This document shows positions 28,492 through 38,940 of a stretch of DNA of 64,000 nucleotides, in pieces; the stretch's first letter is position 1, and each line of letters starts with the position of its first letter. The notes under the pieces are model-generated. The model was given only the letters and a program-made list of their open reading frames with translations, was not told the origin of the DNA and did not search any database. Origin of the DNA: Thermoanaerobaculia bacterium (GTDB taxonomy: Bacteria > Acidobacteriota > Thermoanaerobaculia > Multivoradales > Multivoraceae). The stretch covers positions 5,312,001 through 5,376,000 of the forward strand of contig OY761158.1 in NCBI GenBank assembly GCA_963664405.1, in the 5' to 3' direction. The translations under genes were made by a program, and so were the position numbers.

Positions 28492-29186
28492 GTTGCGGTC
28501 GAAGTCGTCGCCACCGCCTGTTCACCCTTCATCACCCAGCCGTCTTGGAGGTGGATGACTCGGTTGCCGTAAGAGGCGTTGCGCTCGGAGTGGGTGACCT
28601 GGACGATCGTCGTTCCCTGCTCGTTGAGGCTCTTGAAGAGCTCCATGATCTCTTGGGCCTGGCCGGAGTGGAGGTTGCCTGTTGGCTCGTCGGCGAGGAT
28701 CACTCGGGGAGTGGTGATGATTGCTCGAGCTACGCCTACCAGCTGTTGCTGGCCCCCGGATAATTGGTTGGGGAAGAGGTCTTTCTTGCCGACGATCTGA
28801 AATCGGTCGAGGGTGTCGGCGACAAGGCTCTGGCGCTCGTGGCGCTTGAAGCCGCGATAGGTCAAAGGCACCTCTAGGTTCTCGTAGACGGTCATCTGGT
28901 CGAGGAGGTGGTAGCTCTGGAAGACGAAGCCGAGGCTGCGCTTGTGCAGCGCGTTGCGGTGCTTCGCTTTGAGCTTGTGGACCGGTTCGTCGTCGAACCA
29001 ATACTCACCCTCCCAGGCGCTGTCGAGCATGCCGAGAATGTGGAGGAGGGTCGATTTCCCCGCCCCCGAGGGCCCCATGATGGTTACGAAGTCGCCCTCG
29101 GCAATCTGCAGGTCGATTTGGCGGAGTACGTAGCTTCGACCGTGACCCGATTCGTAGTACTTCTCGAGGTTCTGCAGCCGGATCAT
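28488..29186 (-). CDS. ABC transporter ATP-binding protein (MacB/LolD-like)
   Basis: GPSGAGKS, LSGGQQQ and [10 protein letters not shown] motifs. Confidence 0.95.
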   Translation of the reverse strand: MIRLQNLEKYYESGHGRSYVLRQIDLQIAEGDFVTIMGPSGAGKSTLLHILGMLDSAWEGEYWFDDEPVHKLKAKHRNALHKRSLGFVFQSYHLLDQMTVYENLEVPLTYRGFKRHERQSLVADTLDRFQIVGKKDLFPNQLSGGQQQLVGVARAIITTPRVILADEPTGNLHSGQAQEIMELFKSLNEQGTTIVQVTHSERNASYGNRVIHLQDGWVMKGEQAVATTSTAT

Positions 29187-29908
29187 CAGTTGATGTCGTT
29201 CTCGGTCGCGTTCTCGACTTTAGTTGCGTCTTCGACGATGCGACCGTCGAAGAGTCGAATCGTGCGCTCCGCATAGCTAGCATATCGCGGGTCGTGGGTA
29301 ACCATGCAGATCGTGGCGCCACCCGCATGAAGCTCCTTCATCAGACCCATCACCGCTTCGCCGTTGGTGGAATCGAGATTTCCTGTCGGCTCGTCGGCAA
29401 GCAAGATCGAGGGGTCGCCGACCACCGCGCGAGCGACAGCAACGCGCTGCTGCTGGCCTCCCGATAGTTGGGCCGGGTAGTGCTTCATTCGATGCGACAT
29501 TCCCACTCGCTCTAGTGCTTCCTGAACGCGGGTCTTGCGCTCAGCCGACGGTGTTCCTCGGTAGGTGAGCGGGAGCTCCACGTTCTCGTAGACGGTGAGA
29601 TCACCGATGAGATTGAAGGCCTGAAAGATGAAGCCGACCTCCCTGTTTCGGATTCGCGCTCGCTGCGACATGCTGAGGTCGGCCACCGCCTGACCGTTGA
29701 GCGTGTACTCTCCTTCGCTGGGTGAGTCGAGGAGGCCGAGGATCGAAAGCAGGGTCGATTTTCCGCACCCCGAAGGACCGGCGATGGAGAGGTATTCGCC
29801 CCGGTTGATCTCCAGATGAACTCCCGACAGAGCGTGGGTCTCGACCTCTTCGGTGTAGAAGACCTTGTTGACCGACTGCAGATGGATCAGACCTTCCGAA
29901 TTACTCAT
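29186..29908 (-). CDS. ABC transporter ATP-binding protein (MacB/LolD-like)
   Basis: [16 protein letters not shown] and [10 protein letters not shown] motifs. Confidence 0.95.
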   Translation of the reverse strand: MSNSEGLIHLQSVNKVFYTEEVETHALSGVHLEINRGEYLSIAGPSGCGKSTLLSILGLLDSPSEGEYTLNGQAVADLSMSQRARIRNREVGFIFQAFNLIGDLTVYENVELPLTYRGTPSAERKTRVQEALERVGMSHRMKHYPAQLSGGQQQRVAVARAVVGDPSILLADEPTGNLDSTNGEAVMGLMKELHAGGATICMVTHDPRYASYAERTIRLFDGRIVEDATKVENATENDIN

Positions 29909-29968
29909 GGTTTTGGGACTACCTCAGTTCTCGCTGGTTCTCGGTTGCTCTTTATCTGGGTCGGCGGC

Positions 29969-31222
29969 TCAGTCGAGGCGGATGCGGTCGTAGTCCTCGT
30001 ATTGGGAGATATCGGAAAGGATCACTTCATCCCCGGCTTCGAGCCCGCGCAGGATCTCGATGGTATTCACCGAGCTCTTACCCAGCTCGACTGGCACTCG
30101 TAGAGCGATGTCGCTGTTTGCCTCGAGGCGGAAGAGGGTGATCCTGGAGTTGGACTGCCCGTACGCGGGGCGTCCTACGTAGAGTACGTCCTCGAGCCGC
30201 TCGATCTCGATGGTTCCGTCCACGCTCAGATCAGGCCTGGCACCCCTCGGAAGCTCCCCGACCAGCGCCACGTCGACGGTAACGGTACCTTCCCGCACTG
30301 ACGGGTCGATCCGAGAAACGATGCCCTCGATGAGACCGTTTCGAGTGTCGATGCTCGCTAGCTGGCCGACGGCGATGTCTTTGGCCTGGGTCTCGGCAAT
30401 CCTCAGCTCGGTCTTCAGCTTCTCGGGCTGAACGACGATGGCGAGTGTTGTGCCTGAGGGCACGTTCTCACCAATCTCCACCGGAACCTCTTGGAGCACG
30501 CCGCGTAGGCCCGGCCGTACCTGTAAGGCGTCTAGCTGCTGGCGCCGCAGCCTATGGAGCGCTCGTTTCTGTTCCAGGCGGGCCTCCTGGGAGGCGATCT
30601 GAGCTTGCGCCGACTTGACGGCGATCTCCAGGCGTTGCTTTTCGATCGAGTTACGATTCGCTAGCTCATCGGCCTTCAGGTTCGAGAGCTTCAAGGTGAT
30701 CTCAGGTATCAGACCATCCTTGCGCAGCTGTGTGTCGGCCTCCGCTTGAAGCACCGCCTGGCGGTACTCGGACTCTAACTGAGCAGCGGTAGCCCGATTG
30801 TTGAGAAGCTCGCTGTCGAGGCGAATCTCGAGATCGGCCGACTCCGCCTCCGCGGCTCGCAGCGCGAGCCCGGCATCTTCGGTCGACTGTGCCAGCTCGG
30901 GGTTGCTGAGGTGGAGAATTACGCTGTCTGGCTCGACGTTGGCTCCGGGCAAGAGCAGCTTTCGGTCGACGGTGCCCGGAGTGGACAGAGCGATGCGTCG
31001 GATCTCCTCGGGCACGAGAGTGCCTGGGCCGCGCACCCGTCTAAGCATCTCACCGCGTTTGACGGTGTCGAGCCAAACCGTCGCTCGGTCCACCCTGGGA
31101 GCGGCCGGCTCCAGCCGATAGAGGGCCATGGTGACGAGGCTGAGAACGGCAATGCCAAGGACGCCGTAGACGATCCGCTTTCGGCGTTTGGCTTCAGCTA
31201 CACCCTCTCGTTTGACGTCCAT
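29969..31222 (-). CDS. HlyD/MacA-type periplasmic adaptor
   Basis: N-terminal TM helix, lipoyl-like halves flanking a coiled coil, GL..GD.VI tail. Confidence 0.9.
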   Translation of the reverse strand: MDVKREGVAEAKRRKRIVYGVLGIAVLSLVTMALYRLEPAAPRVDRATVWLDTVKRGEMLRRVRGPGTLVPEEIRRIALSTPGTVDRKLLLPGANVEPDSVILHLSNPELAQSTEDAGLALRAAEAESADLEIRLDSELLNNRATAAQLESEYRQAVLQAEADTQLRKDGLIPEITLKLSNLKADELANRNSIEKQRLEIAVKSAQAQIASQEARLEQKRALHRLRRQQLDALQVRPGLRGVLQEVPVEIGENVPSGTTLAIVVQPEKLKTELRIAETQAKDIAVGQLASIDTRNGLIEGIVSRIDPSVREGTVTVDVALVGELPRGARPDLSVDGTIEIERLEDVLYVGRPAYGQSNSRITLFRLEANSDIALRVPVELGKSSVNTIEILRGLEAGDEVILSDISQYEDYDRIRLD

Positions 31223-31363
31223 CGCTGATCAAGCATATCTCGGCGGCGCCGGCCTGGCCGCCACCACCGTTGTCCTAGTCATCACTCCGTACGATCTTGA
31301 GGTACGTCGTTTAGGGCCGGAAGGTTTTCTGAACCCCCGGGTCGTCCCTAGCTGATCCCGCGT

Positions 31364-31771
31364 CTAGAGGGTGACCACTTGGCCGGCGCGCTCGATCATC
31401 CGAGAGAATGACTGCCAGCCGAGGATGGCGTCGACCCTGGCTTGAACCGTAGCGTTGTCGAGCCCGAGGATGCGTACCGAGGCGCTGCAGGCGTATACGC
31501 GGAGCGTCTGCTCGCTGCGGCCGGTCTCGAGCATCGAGCTCAGCGGCGGAAGGCCCAGCTCGACCAGCCGATCCTTGACGATCGGCGGCTCCGGGTTCAT
31601 CAGATCCCACTCTTCGTCGACCCACGCCGCGAGCGCGGAGAAGAAAAGAGCGATGTCTACGGTTTTTCCCGCGGCGACTTCACTCGCTGCCAACGAAGAG
31701 ATCTGAAATCGCCTCTCCCAGGAGCCGGCGTGCGCAAGAATCAGTAGGTTGCCGTTGCTAGAGGCGCTCAG
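31364..31771 (-). CDS. DsrE/DsrF-like protein (probable CTG start)
   Basis: LLILAH..AAG..VDIALFF..RVYACSAS..DAILGW pattern. CTG 31771 overlaps the korB stop (CTGA). Confidence 0.65.
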   Translation of the reverse strand: MSASSNGNLLILAHAGSWERRFQISSLAASEVAAGKTVDIALFFSALAAWVDEEWDLMNPEPPIVKDRLVELGLPPLSSMLETGRSEQTLRVYACSASVRILGLDNATVQARVDAILGWQSFSRMIERAGQVVTL

Positions 31772-32802
31772 ATGACGGCGCCGTTCTCGTCTACCTGCCA
31801 GGTGTCGCCCGAGTGGATCAGGTCCTCGAGGTGTCCGGGGCCCTGACGCTCTTCCTGTTCGTGGATCTGAGCGACGACGCCACTTTCGTAGGACGGTTTC
31901 TCGACCCGTCGGAAGACGCCGAGAGGCGTCGGACGATCGGGCCCTTCCAAGTGAGCCATGACGAAGGCCAGCGCGGGGTTGTCGCGGTCCTGGTCCCACA
32001 CCAAACAGTCTTCAGGACCGAGGTCGCCGCCCAGCTCGATGACCTCGAGGTCCATCCCCCGCAGCCGCAGCCCCTTGTCTTTGTTCTTGCCGAACAGCAG
32101 GGGCTTACCGTGCTCGAGGTAAACCGCGTTCTCGTGGCGGCCCTCCTTGGAGCTGACCGAGGCGAAGGCGTTGTCGTTGAAGATGTTGCAGTTCTGGAGA
32201 ATCTCGACGAACGCCGTCCCCTCGTGACTAGCGGCTTGGCGCAGGATCTCTTTGAGGTGGGCCTGAAAAATGTCGACGCTCCGGGCGACGAAGGTGGCGC
32301 CGGCGCCGAGAACCAGCCCGAGTGGGTTGAAGGGGTAGTCGACACTGCCCATCGGCGATGAGCTGGTGCGCTTGCCGGTCTCGCTGGTGGGAGAGTACTG
32401 CCCCTTGGTGAGACCGTAGATGCGGTTGTTGAACATGAGCACCTTGACTCCGACGTTGCGACGAACCAGATGAATGAGGTGGTTACCGCCGATCGACATC
32501 GAGTCGCCGTCGCCGGTTACCACCCAGACCTGGAGGTCCGGACGGGTCATCTTGAGACCGGTCGCGAAGCCCGGCGCCCGCCCGTGAATGGTGTGGAAGC
32601 CGTAGGTATTCATGTAATAGGGGAAACGGCTCGAGCAGCCGATACCCGAGATGATGACGAACTTCTCCTTCGGAATGCCCAGCTCAGGGAGCACCGTCTG
32701 GACGGCGGAGAGAATTGCGTAGTCTCCACAGCCGGGGCACCATCTGACTTCCTGGTCCGATTGGAAGTCCTTCTTAGTGAGCACAGGGGCTTCAGTTGGC
32801 AT
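31768..32802 (-). CDS. korB: 2-oxoacid:ferredoxin oxidoreductase beta subunit
   Basis: WCPGCG, SGIGCSS, HGRA, GDGD and [11 protein letters not shown] motifs. Confidence 0.95.
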   Translation of the reverse strand: MPTEAPVLTKKDFQSDQEVRWCPGCGDYAILSAVQTVLPELGIPKEKFVIISGIGCSSRFPYYMNTYGFHTIHGRAPGFATGLKMTRPDLQVWVVTGDGDSMSIGGNHLIHLVRRNVGVKVLMFNNRIYGLTKGQYSPTSETGKRTSSSPMGSVDYPFNPLGLVLGAGATFVARSVDIFQAHLKEILRQAASHEGTAFVEILQNCNIFNDNAFASVSSKEGRHENAVYLEHGKPLLFGKNKDKGLRLRGMDLEVIELGGDLGPEDCLVWDQDRDNPALAFVMAHLEGPDRPTPLGVFRRVEKPSYESGVVAQIHEQEERQGPGHLEDLIHSGDTWQVDENGAVI

Positions 32803-34678
32803 TCGTTGTCGACTCCATGATGTCGTTGATCCGCTTGAGAATCTCGTGGCGGAAGAAGGGTTTACCTTGGATCTTGTTCAAGGCGATCGCATCCTTGAGA
32901 TAGGCGGCTCGGATGAGCATGGCGAGCTGTCCCAGATTCATCTCGGGTATCAATACCCTCTCGAAACGATCGAGGACGTCGCCGAGATTCTTGGGGAAGG
33001 GGTTGAGGTGACGGAGGTGGGCGCGACTGACGGAGAGGCCCGCCTTACGGGCTTCGTTGACGGCGCCTGTTATCGCGCCGAGAGTACTGCCCCAACCGAG
33101 GACGAGAAGGTCGCCGCCTTCTTCGTCACCGAAGACTTCGAGGTCAGGGATGTCGTTGGCTACCCGAGCCACTTTGTCTGCCCGCAGCCTGACCATGTGC
33201 TCGTGATTGGTCGGATCGTAGGAGACGACGCCGCTGATGTCTTCTTTCTCGAGACCGCCGATGCGATGTTCGAGCCCGGGTGTGCCAGGAATCGCCCACG
33301 GCCGCGCCAGCGTTTCGCTGTCGCGGGCATAGGGAGTGAAGCCCTCGGGATCGGTGCGGAAGTCGACGCGTAGATCAGGAAGGTCTTCGACTCGCGGAAG
33401 TCGCCAAGGCTCAGAACCGCTAGCAATGTAGCCGTCCGACAGAAGCATCACCGGCACCATGTACTTGAGTGAGATGCGCGCCGCTTCGAGGGCGGTATGG
33501 AAACAGTCGGCCGGTGACGAGGCCGCGACGACCGGCAGCGGTGACTCGCCGTTGCGGCCGAAGAGCGCCTGTAGGAGGTCCGCCTGTTCTGTCTTGGTGG
33601 GCAGGCCGGTCGAAGGCCCGCCGCGCTGAATGCTGCAGATGATCAACGGTAGCTCGACCGAGATGGCCAGTCCGATTGCCTCTGCCTTGAGAGCGATCCC
33701 CGGTCCGCTCGAGGCGGTTACGCCCAGCGCTCCGCCGAAGGAGGCTCCGATCGCAGCGCATACCGCAGCGATCTCGTCTTCGGCTTGAAGGGCCGTGACT
33801 CCGAACTGTTTGTAAGTCGCGAGCTCGTGGAGGACGTCGCTGGCCGGAGTGATCGGGTAGGCGCCGATAAAGAGTGGCAGACCGCTTCGCCGGCTCGCCG
33901 CCACCAGCCCCAGCGAGAGTGCCGAGTTGCCGTGGATGTTGCGGTAGATCCCGGCCTCGAGCGCCGCCGGAAGAACTTCGTAGCGTTCCTGGAAGATCTG
34001 AGTGATATCGCAGAAATTCCAGCCTGCCTTGAGCGCCTTCTTGTTCGCTTCGGCGATCTCGGGGCGTTTTGCGAATTTCTCTTCGAGCCACTTGACAGTG
34101 GCTTCCATCGGGCGGCTATAGAGCCAATAGACCATGCCTAGCGCGAACAGATTTTTTGAGCGATCCTGGGTCTTCTTGTCTAGACCCATACCGTCGAGAG
34201 CGCGACGAGTCATCGTCGTGATCGCGGCCTCGTAGACTCGGTAGCCGTCAAGACTCTTGTTCTCGAGCGGGTTTTCGGTGTAGCTCGCCTTCTTGAAGTT
34301 GCGCTCGTTGAACTCATCGGTGTTGACGATGACAATCCCGTGACTCTTGAGGTCACCGAGGTTTGTCTTCAACGCCGCGGGATTCATGGCGATCAGCGCA
34401 TCCGGGGCATCGCCGGGGGTGTGGATCTCGTGGTCGGCGATTCTCACCTGGAAGGCAGACACCCCTGGGAGGGTACCGGCCGGAGCACGAATCTCGGCCG
34501 GGAAGTCCGGGAGTGTGGAGAGGTCGTTCCCCAACAGGGCCGATGTGTTGGTGAACTGCGTGCCAGTAAGCTGCATTCCGTCGCCGGAGTCGCCGGCAAA
34601 ACGGATAACGACCTCTGACAGGGTCTGCTCTTCCGGCTGACGCTTGGTTTTCTCTTCACTAGTGGCTGGCGCAGTCAT
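32792..34678 (-). CDS. korA: 2-oxoacid:ferredoxin oxidoreductase alpha subunit
   Basis: GDSGDG, YPITP, QAEDEIA, SSGPG, RGGPSTG and EMNLGQ motifs. Confidence 0.95.
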   Translation of the reverse strand: MTAPATSEEKTKRQPEEQTLSEVVIRFAGDSGDGMQLTGTQFTNTSALLGNDLSTLPDFPAEIRAPAGTLPGVSAFQVRIADHEIHTPGDAPDALIAMNPAALKTNLGDLKSHGIVIVNTDEFNERNFKKASYTENPLENKSLDGYRVYEAAITTMTRRALDGMGLDKKTQDRSKNLFALGMVYWLYSRPMEATVKWLEEKFAKRPEIAEANKKALKAGWNFCDITQIFQERYEVLPAALEAGIYRNIHGNSALSLGLVAASRRSGLPLFIGAYPITPASDVLHELATYKQFGVTALQAEDEIAAVCAAIGASFGGALGVTASSGPGIALKAEAIGLAISVELPLIICSIQRGGPSTGLPTKTEQADLLQALFGRNGESPLPVVAASSPADCFHTALEAARISLKYMVPVMLLSDGYIASGSEPWRLPRVEDLPDLRVDFRTDPEGFTPYARDSETLARPWAIPGTPGLEHRIGGLEKEDISGVVSYDPTNHEHMVRLRADKVARVANDIPDLEVFGDEEGGDLLVLGWGSTLGAITGAVNEARKAGLSVSRAHLRHLNPFPKNLGDVLDRFERVLIPEMNLGQLAMLIRAAYLKDAIALNKIQGKPFFRHEILKRINDIMESTTNAN

Positions 34679-34955
34679 ATCCTTTGTCTCTACATGAAAA
34701 AACCTAGCTGAGTAGCTAGGTTCCGCTGGGTGCATCTTAGATCGGTTGGTCGGAGCTACTTGGACTCCATGGCCGGGAAGTGCCCTTCCTCAACGCGGAG
34801 CGAAGTTTAGCAGTTTCGTTTGGGCGACGCTACGAAAGCTAGATGAAAAGAGGATTGCTACACTGGCTCCCTCCGCTGGGAGCCTGCGCGAGAGGGTCAT
34901 GTCGAACGAAAGGACTCAACCGCCTGTACGCTTCTTCGTACTTGTTTAGGGAGAA

Positions 34956-36986
34956 GTGATGATCGACCGCTTAAGCTCGACTGCGGCCTCTGCCGCTGGC
35001 CGCCCGCCTGAGCCCCCACCCGGAGGCCCACGTGGCAGTCGACGATGGGTGAAGGTCCTCCCCTTTCTGGCGGTTGCGGCTGTTGTGGTCGGCGTCGGCT
35101 GCTTGGCCCTGGCGGCCGGGCTCGGTTTGGATGGCACCTTGGTGCTTTCGGCGTTGTTCGCCCTCGGCTCTTTGGCGCTCTGGGGGAGCTACCGCCTGCT
35201 CCGTGTCGTGCTCTGGAGCGTCGGCCGCAGACTCGCTTTCACCTATCTCCTCATTGGCGTCTTGCCGATTCCGATGGCAGTAGTTCTCGTAGGGGTGGGG
35301 CTCTATTTGTCGGGAGGATTCTTCTTGGGCCATCTCTTTCGCGATGCCAATGCGGTGGTCTATGAGCAAGTTCGAACTGCCGCGGAGACCCGGCTCGAGC
35401 AGCCGCGCTCGGTCTCGATGGCTCCTTCTGCCGGACTGGAGGTCGCCGTTGCGTATTACCTGGAGGGTCGCCGAGTGGGGGGAGATGCGAGGGCGCCTAT
35501 TCAGTGGCCGAGCTGGCTGGAGAGAGAGGTGCTGCAGAGTGAGGAGGGCATCGATCGGAGGGACCGGACACCGCCCCTTGTCGCGCTGCCCGACGGCGAT
35601 CTGACAGTGGCGACCGCGAAGTCAAGAGGATCTGTCGGGGTCGTCGCCTTCTTCGACGGTCATCTGGAGACTCGCCTGCGGGAGCTGAGCCAGGTGTGGA
35701 TCGACTTCGGTGCCGAGCAGGAGGAGCAGGCGAAAAACAGCATGGATGTCAACATTCTGGGCGAGCGCTTCGTTCTTCAGCCGCTCTCGCGCCAGCGCGC
35801 CGAGGACGATCGCCGCCAGTTCCTCAGCCGCGGTGGCGCCGAGCCGGCGTTCTGGGTTTACGGTTTCGATGTCGCGGGAGAGAGCCTCTCCCTGGCGACC
35901 GGAGAGCTCGAGAGCGCGAACCTCCCGGTCTCACTGGTAGGCACACCCCGTCTTGTTCTCGGCCAACTTTTCTCGAGCTCGAGGGAGGTCGACACTCTCG
36001 CGTGGGTCACTTTCGTCATCCCGGCCTTCTTGCTCTTTGACATCTTCGTCGTGGCCTGGGTGATGGCCGTTTTCATGGTCTTTGGGCTCAGCCGTGCGGT
36101 CAACCGTCTGAGCGCCGCCACCAACGCGCTGCAGCTCGGAGATTTCAGCGTGCGGATTCCAGTGCGCCGGCGTGATCAGATCGGTTCGCTTCACGCCTCC
36201 TTCAATGAGATGGCGGCCAGCCTGGAAGATCTGATTGCCACCAAGACTCAGAAGGAGTCGCTGGAAAAAGAGCTCGAGATCGCTCGTGAGCTTCAAGAGA
36301 GCCTGATGCCGAACGAGATCGTTCAGGGAAAAGACGTGGAGTTCGCCACCCATTTCGAGCCGAGTGCTGCGATCGGCGGTGACTACTTCGACATCTTGCG
36401 CCTCGACCAGCGGCGGATGGCCGTGGTCATTGCCGATGTGTCGGGACATGGTCTTTCGGCCGGATTGCGCATGGCAATGGTCAAGGCAGCTCTGGGTATC
36501 CTGGTGGAAGAAGAGCGGGAGCCACAGATCATTCTCGAGAGACTGGACCGAGTCGTGCGCTCGAGCAAGAAAGGCCCAAGCTTCGTGACCGCGACCTTAG
36601 CGTTGCTTGATCTGGTGGATGGCCGGATCGAGTTGGTCAACGCCGGCCACCCTCCCACCTACATCCTTCGCGACGGTGAGGTGAATGAAGTGATGCTTCC
36701 CGGGGCGCCCCTCGGGGCGTTGGGTGACGACTACGGCCGGGCCACGATTGAGCTTCAGCCGGGCGATTCAGTCGTATGGCTCTCCGACGGCTTCATCGAA
36801 GCGGCGAATCCAAGCGGCGAGCTCTTCGGCTACGAGCGCACAGTCGAGTGCCTGAGAGGAAACGGCCGCAACGCTACGATGGTCCGCGACCGTCTCCTAG
36901 ATGAGGTATCTCTCTACACCGAAGGCTGCCCTCCCGAGGACGACCGAACCCTGGTGGTCATGAGCTTCCGACCAAGAGAGCCGTAG
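34956..36986 (+). CDS. Membrane HAMP-domain PP2C/SpoIIE (RsbU-like) phosphatase
   Basis: GGDYFD, IADVSGHG, NAGHPP, SDG and DDRT motifs; HAMP domain. Confidence 0.92.
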   Translation: MMIDRLSSTAASAAGRPPEPPPGGPRGSRRWVKVLPFLAVAAVVVGVGCLALAAGLGLDGTLVLSALFALGSLALWGSYRLLRVVLWSVGRRLAFTYLLIGVLPIPMAVVLVGVGLYLSGGFFLGHLFRDANAVVYEQVRTAAETRLEQPRSVSMAPSAGLEVAVAYYLEGRRVGGDARAPIQWPSWLEREVLQSEEGIDRRDRTPPLVALPDGDLTVATAKSRGSVGVVAFFDGHLETRLRELSQVWIDFGAEQEEQAKNSMDVNILGERFVLQPLSRQRAEDDRRQFLSRGGAEPAFWVYGFDVAGESLSLATGELESANLPVSLVGTPRLVLGQLFSSSREVDTLAWVTFVIPAFLLFDIFVVAWVMAVFMVFGLSRAVNRLSAATNALQLGDFSVRIPVRRRDQIGSLHASFNEMAASLEDLIATKTQKESLEKELEIARELQESLMPNEIVQGKDVEFATHFEPSAAIGGDYFDILRLDQRRMAVVIADVSGHGLSAGLRMAMVKAALGILVEEEREPQIILERLDRVVRSSKKGPSFVTATLALLDLVDGRIELVNAGHPPTYILRDGEVNEVMLPGAPLGALGDDYGRATIELQPGDSVVWLSDGFIEAANPSGELFGYERTVECLRGNGRNATMVRDRLLDEVSLYTEGCPPEDDRTLVVMSFRPREP

Positions 36987-37000
36987 CGAGTGAGACTGAC

Positions 37001-37675
37001 TCAGACGTCGCCTTCTATGCCCAGCTCGCCATAGATGCGGCGGAGGTACTCACGAGTCTCTCGGTACGGCGGAACCCCCTGGTAGCGTTGCACCGTTCCT
37101 TCTCCGCTGTTGTAGGCCGCAAGCACGCTCGGCAGATCGTTGTCGAAGTGATCCGCCAGCCAGCGAATGTAGCGTGCGCCGGCTTCTAGATTGTGGCTGG
37201 GATCGGAGATCTGCAACGGGTCCAGGCCAAAACGCTCGGCAGTCGCAGGCATCAACTGCAGCAGCCCTCGAGCCCCCCTCGGTGAGACGGCTTCAGGATC
37301 GAACCCCGATTCCCATCGCACCATCGCGGTCACCAGCCTGGGGTTCAGATTCTGGCTGCGCGCGACGTTATGGATCAGGTTGCCGAAGGGGGCTTGCGGA
37401 ATCGGATGAATTTCGTCGAAGCCGATCTCGAACCCCCTGTGCTCCGGCAAGGCTTCCGACTCCGGCACGATCTCGTCGTCGAGGATACGCTCCACTCGCG
37501 AGAGTGGGAGACTGATTCGGCCGCCTGAATCCAGCTCCAGGTGAATCGTCCGTTCCCCTAGAAGGTAGCTCTGAACCTTCATCACGTCTCCTCCGCCCAG
37601 GATCACCAGCTCCGCATGGAGGGCGAGAGTGCAGAAGGCGCAGGCCCACAGGGCCAGGGAGAAGAAGGCTTTCAT
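37001..37675 (-). CDS. Lytic transglycosylase (SLT domain)
   Basis: ESGF, GARGLLQLMP, AAYNSG and PPYRET motifs; signal peptide. Confidence 0.92.
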   Translation of the reverse strand: MKAFFSLALWACAFCTLALHAELVILGGGDVMKVQSYLLGERTIHLELDSGGRISLPLSRVERILDDEIVPESEALPEHRGFEIGFDEIHPIPQAPFGNLIHNVARSQNLNPRLVTAMVRWESGFDPEAVSPRGARGLLQLMPATAERFGLDPLQISDPSHNLEAGARYIRWLADHFDNDLPSVLAAYNSGEGTVQRYQGVPPYRETREYLRRIYGELGIEGDV

Positions 37676-37886
37676 TAGAACAGAGGGTCTTGGTTGCACG
37701 GTGTCTCGGAGTTTCTTGTCTACGAGTAGACTCAGATCCTACCGGATGGCTCGAGAAAGTAGATTGGAAAGGGGGAGAGGGCGACAAGGGCTCGCAGCGC
37801 CTTCGCTCTGCGGGGACATAAGCAAGGGCGGTGCCTGGCGCCGTTTTCCGCCTGTTCCGGGTCTCAGCCCGCTGTCTAACAGACTG

Positions 37887-37892
37887 ATTATA
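37887..37892 (-). promoter_or_regulatory. Consensus sigma70 -10 box (TATAAT) upstream of the SLT gene
   Basis: Perfect TATAAT in an AT-rich patch of a GC-rich genome; no clear -35. Confidence 0.45.
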
Positions 37893-38019
37893 GAACATTT
37901 AGGGTACAGGAGGAATTTGAGCGAGTTTTCCGTGAGTCTCGCGAGGCGGCCGAAGAAGGGGGCTGGTCTCGTCGGCCGCGCCGATTGGACGCGTTCACCG
38001 GTGCCGGATTGGCGCTTTT

Positions 38020-38940
38020 TCAGGAGCGCGGGTGGTATTGGTCGTAGAGGCTCTTGAGGCGTTCTTCGTGGATATGGGTGTAGATCTGGGTCGTCGAGAT
38101 GTCGGCGTGGCCCAGCATCGCTTGGACACTGCGAAGGTCGGCGCCGTGAGCAAGGAGGTGGGTCGCGAAACTGTGTCGTAGGACGTGGGGGGAGACCTCG
38201 TCGAGGCCCGCGCTCTTCGCCTGCGCTTTCAGGATCTTCCAGAAGCCCTGGCGGGTGAGGCCGCTGCCCCTTGCGTTGACGAATACGAAGTCGTGCCGGG
38301 TGTGAACCAAGGTGGGCCGTGCCTCGGCCAGATAGAGCAGGGTCCATCGCTCAGCTTCTTCGCCAACCGGCACCACGCGCTCGCGACTACCCTTGCCGAA
38401 AGCGACCAGGAAGCCGTCGTCGAGGCGAAGCTGAGGGATGGTGAGGCCAACCAGCTCCGCGACTCGCAGGCCGGTTGCGTACATCAGCTCGATCATGCTC
38501 TTGTCGCGAAGGCCGAGAGCCTTGGACAGATCGGGGCTCGCCAGTAGTCGCTGTACTTCTTCCTCGCTGAGCACACGAGGAAGTCGGTGGGTCTTACGCG
38601 GGAAGAGAATGTTGAGGGTCGGGTCATCGGTTCGCTCGCCGTCGGAGATGAGGTATTGGTAGAAACGGCGAATCGACGAGAGTGCGCGGCCGATGCTCCG
38701 CGCTGCGAGACCGCTACGTCGAAGGCTCTGGAGATGGGCGCTAAGGGCCTTGGCATCGGCCGTGAGTGGGTCGCCTTTCTTCGTCTCCTCGAGAAAAGCT
38801 CCGAAACGCCCGAGGTCACGCCGGTAGGCAGCGACTGTATGCGGCGATAGGCCTCTCTCGATCGCGAGAGACTCGAGGTAGCGGTCGAGAGCTCGGCGCC
38901 AGGCGGCGTGCCTGGAAACAGGGGGAGGGTCTTTGGTCAT
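38020..38940 (-). CDS. xerD: Tyrosine recombinase XerD
   Basis: TGLRVAE, GKG, TRQGFW, PHVLRHSFATHLL and LGHADISTTQIYTH motifs; housekeeping context. Confidence 0.92.
   Translation of the reverse strand: MTKDPPPVSRHAAWRRALDRYLESLAIERGLSPHTVAAYRRDLGRFGAFLEETKKGDPLTADAKALSAHLQSLRRSGLAARSIGRALSSIRRFYQYLISDGERTDDPTLNILFPRKTHRLPRVLSEEEVQRLLASPDLSKALGLRDKSMIELMYATGLRVAELVGLTIPQLRLDDGFLVAFGKGSRERVVPVGEEAERWTLLYLAEARPTLVHTRHDFVFVNARGSGLTRQGFWKILKAQAKSAGLDEVSPHVLRHSFATHLLAHGADLRSVQAMLGHADISTTQIYTHIHEERLKSLYDQYHPRS

Noticed and set aside
37850-37875. TPP riboswitch (GCTGAGA-CCC on the minus strand)
   Set aside because: Lacks the downstream CCTGA..TAAT..GCG.AGG core, and the downstream gene is unrelated to thiamine.
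38020-38940. Prophage or island integrase
   Set aside because: XerD-specific motifs and housekeeping neighbours; no att sites, tRNA or phage genes.
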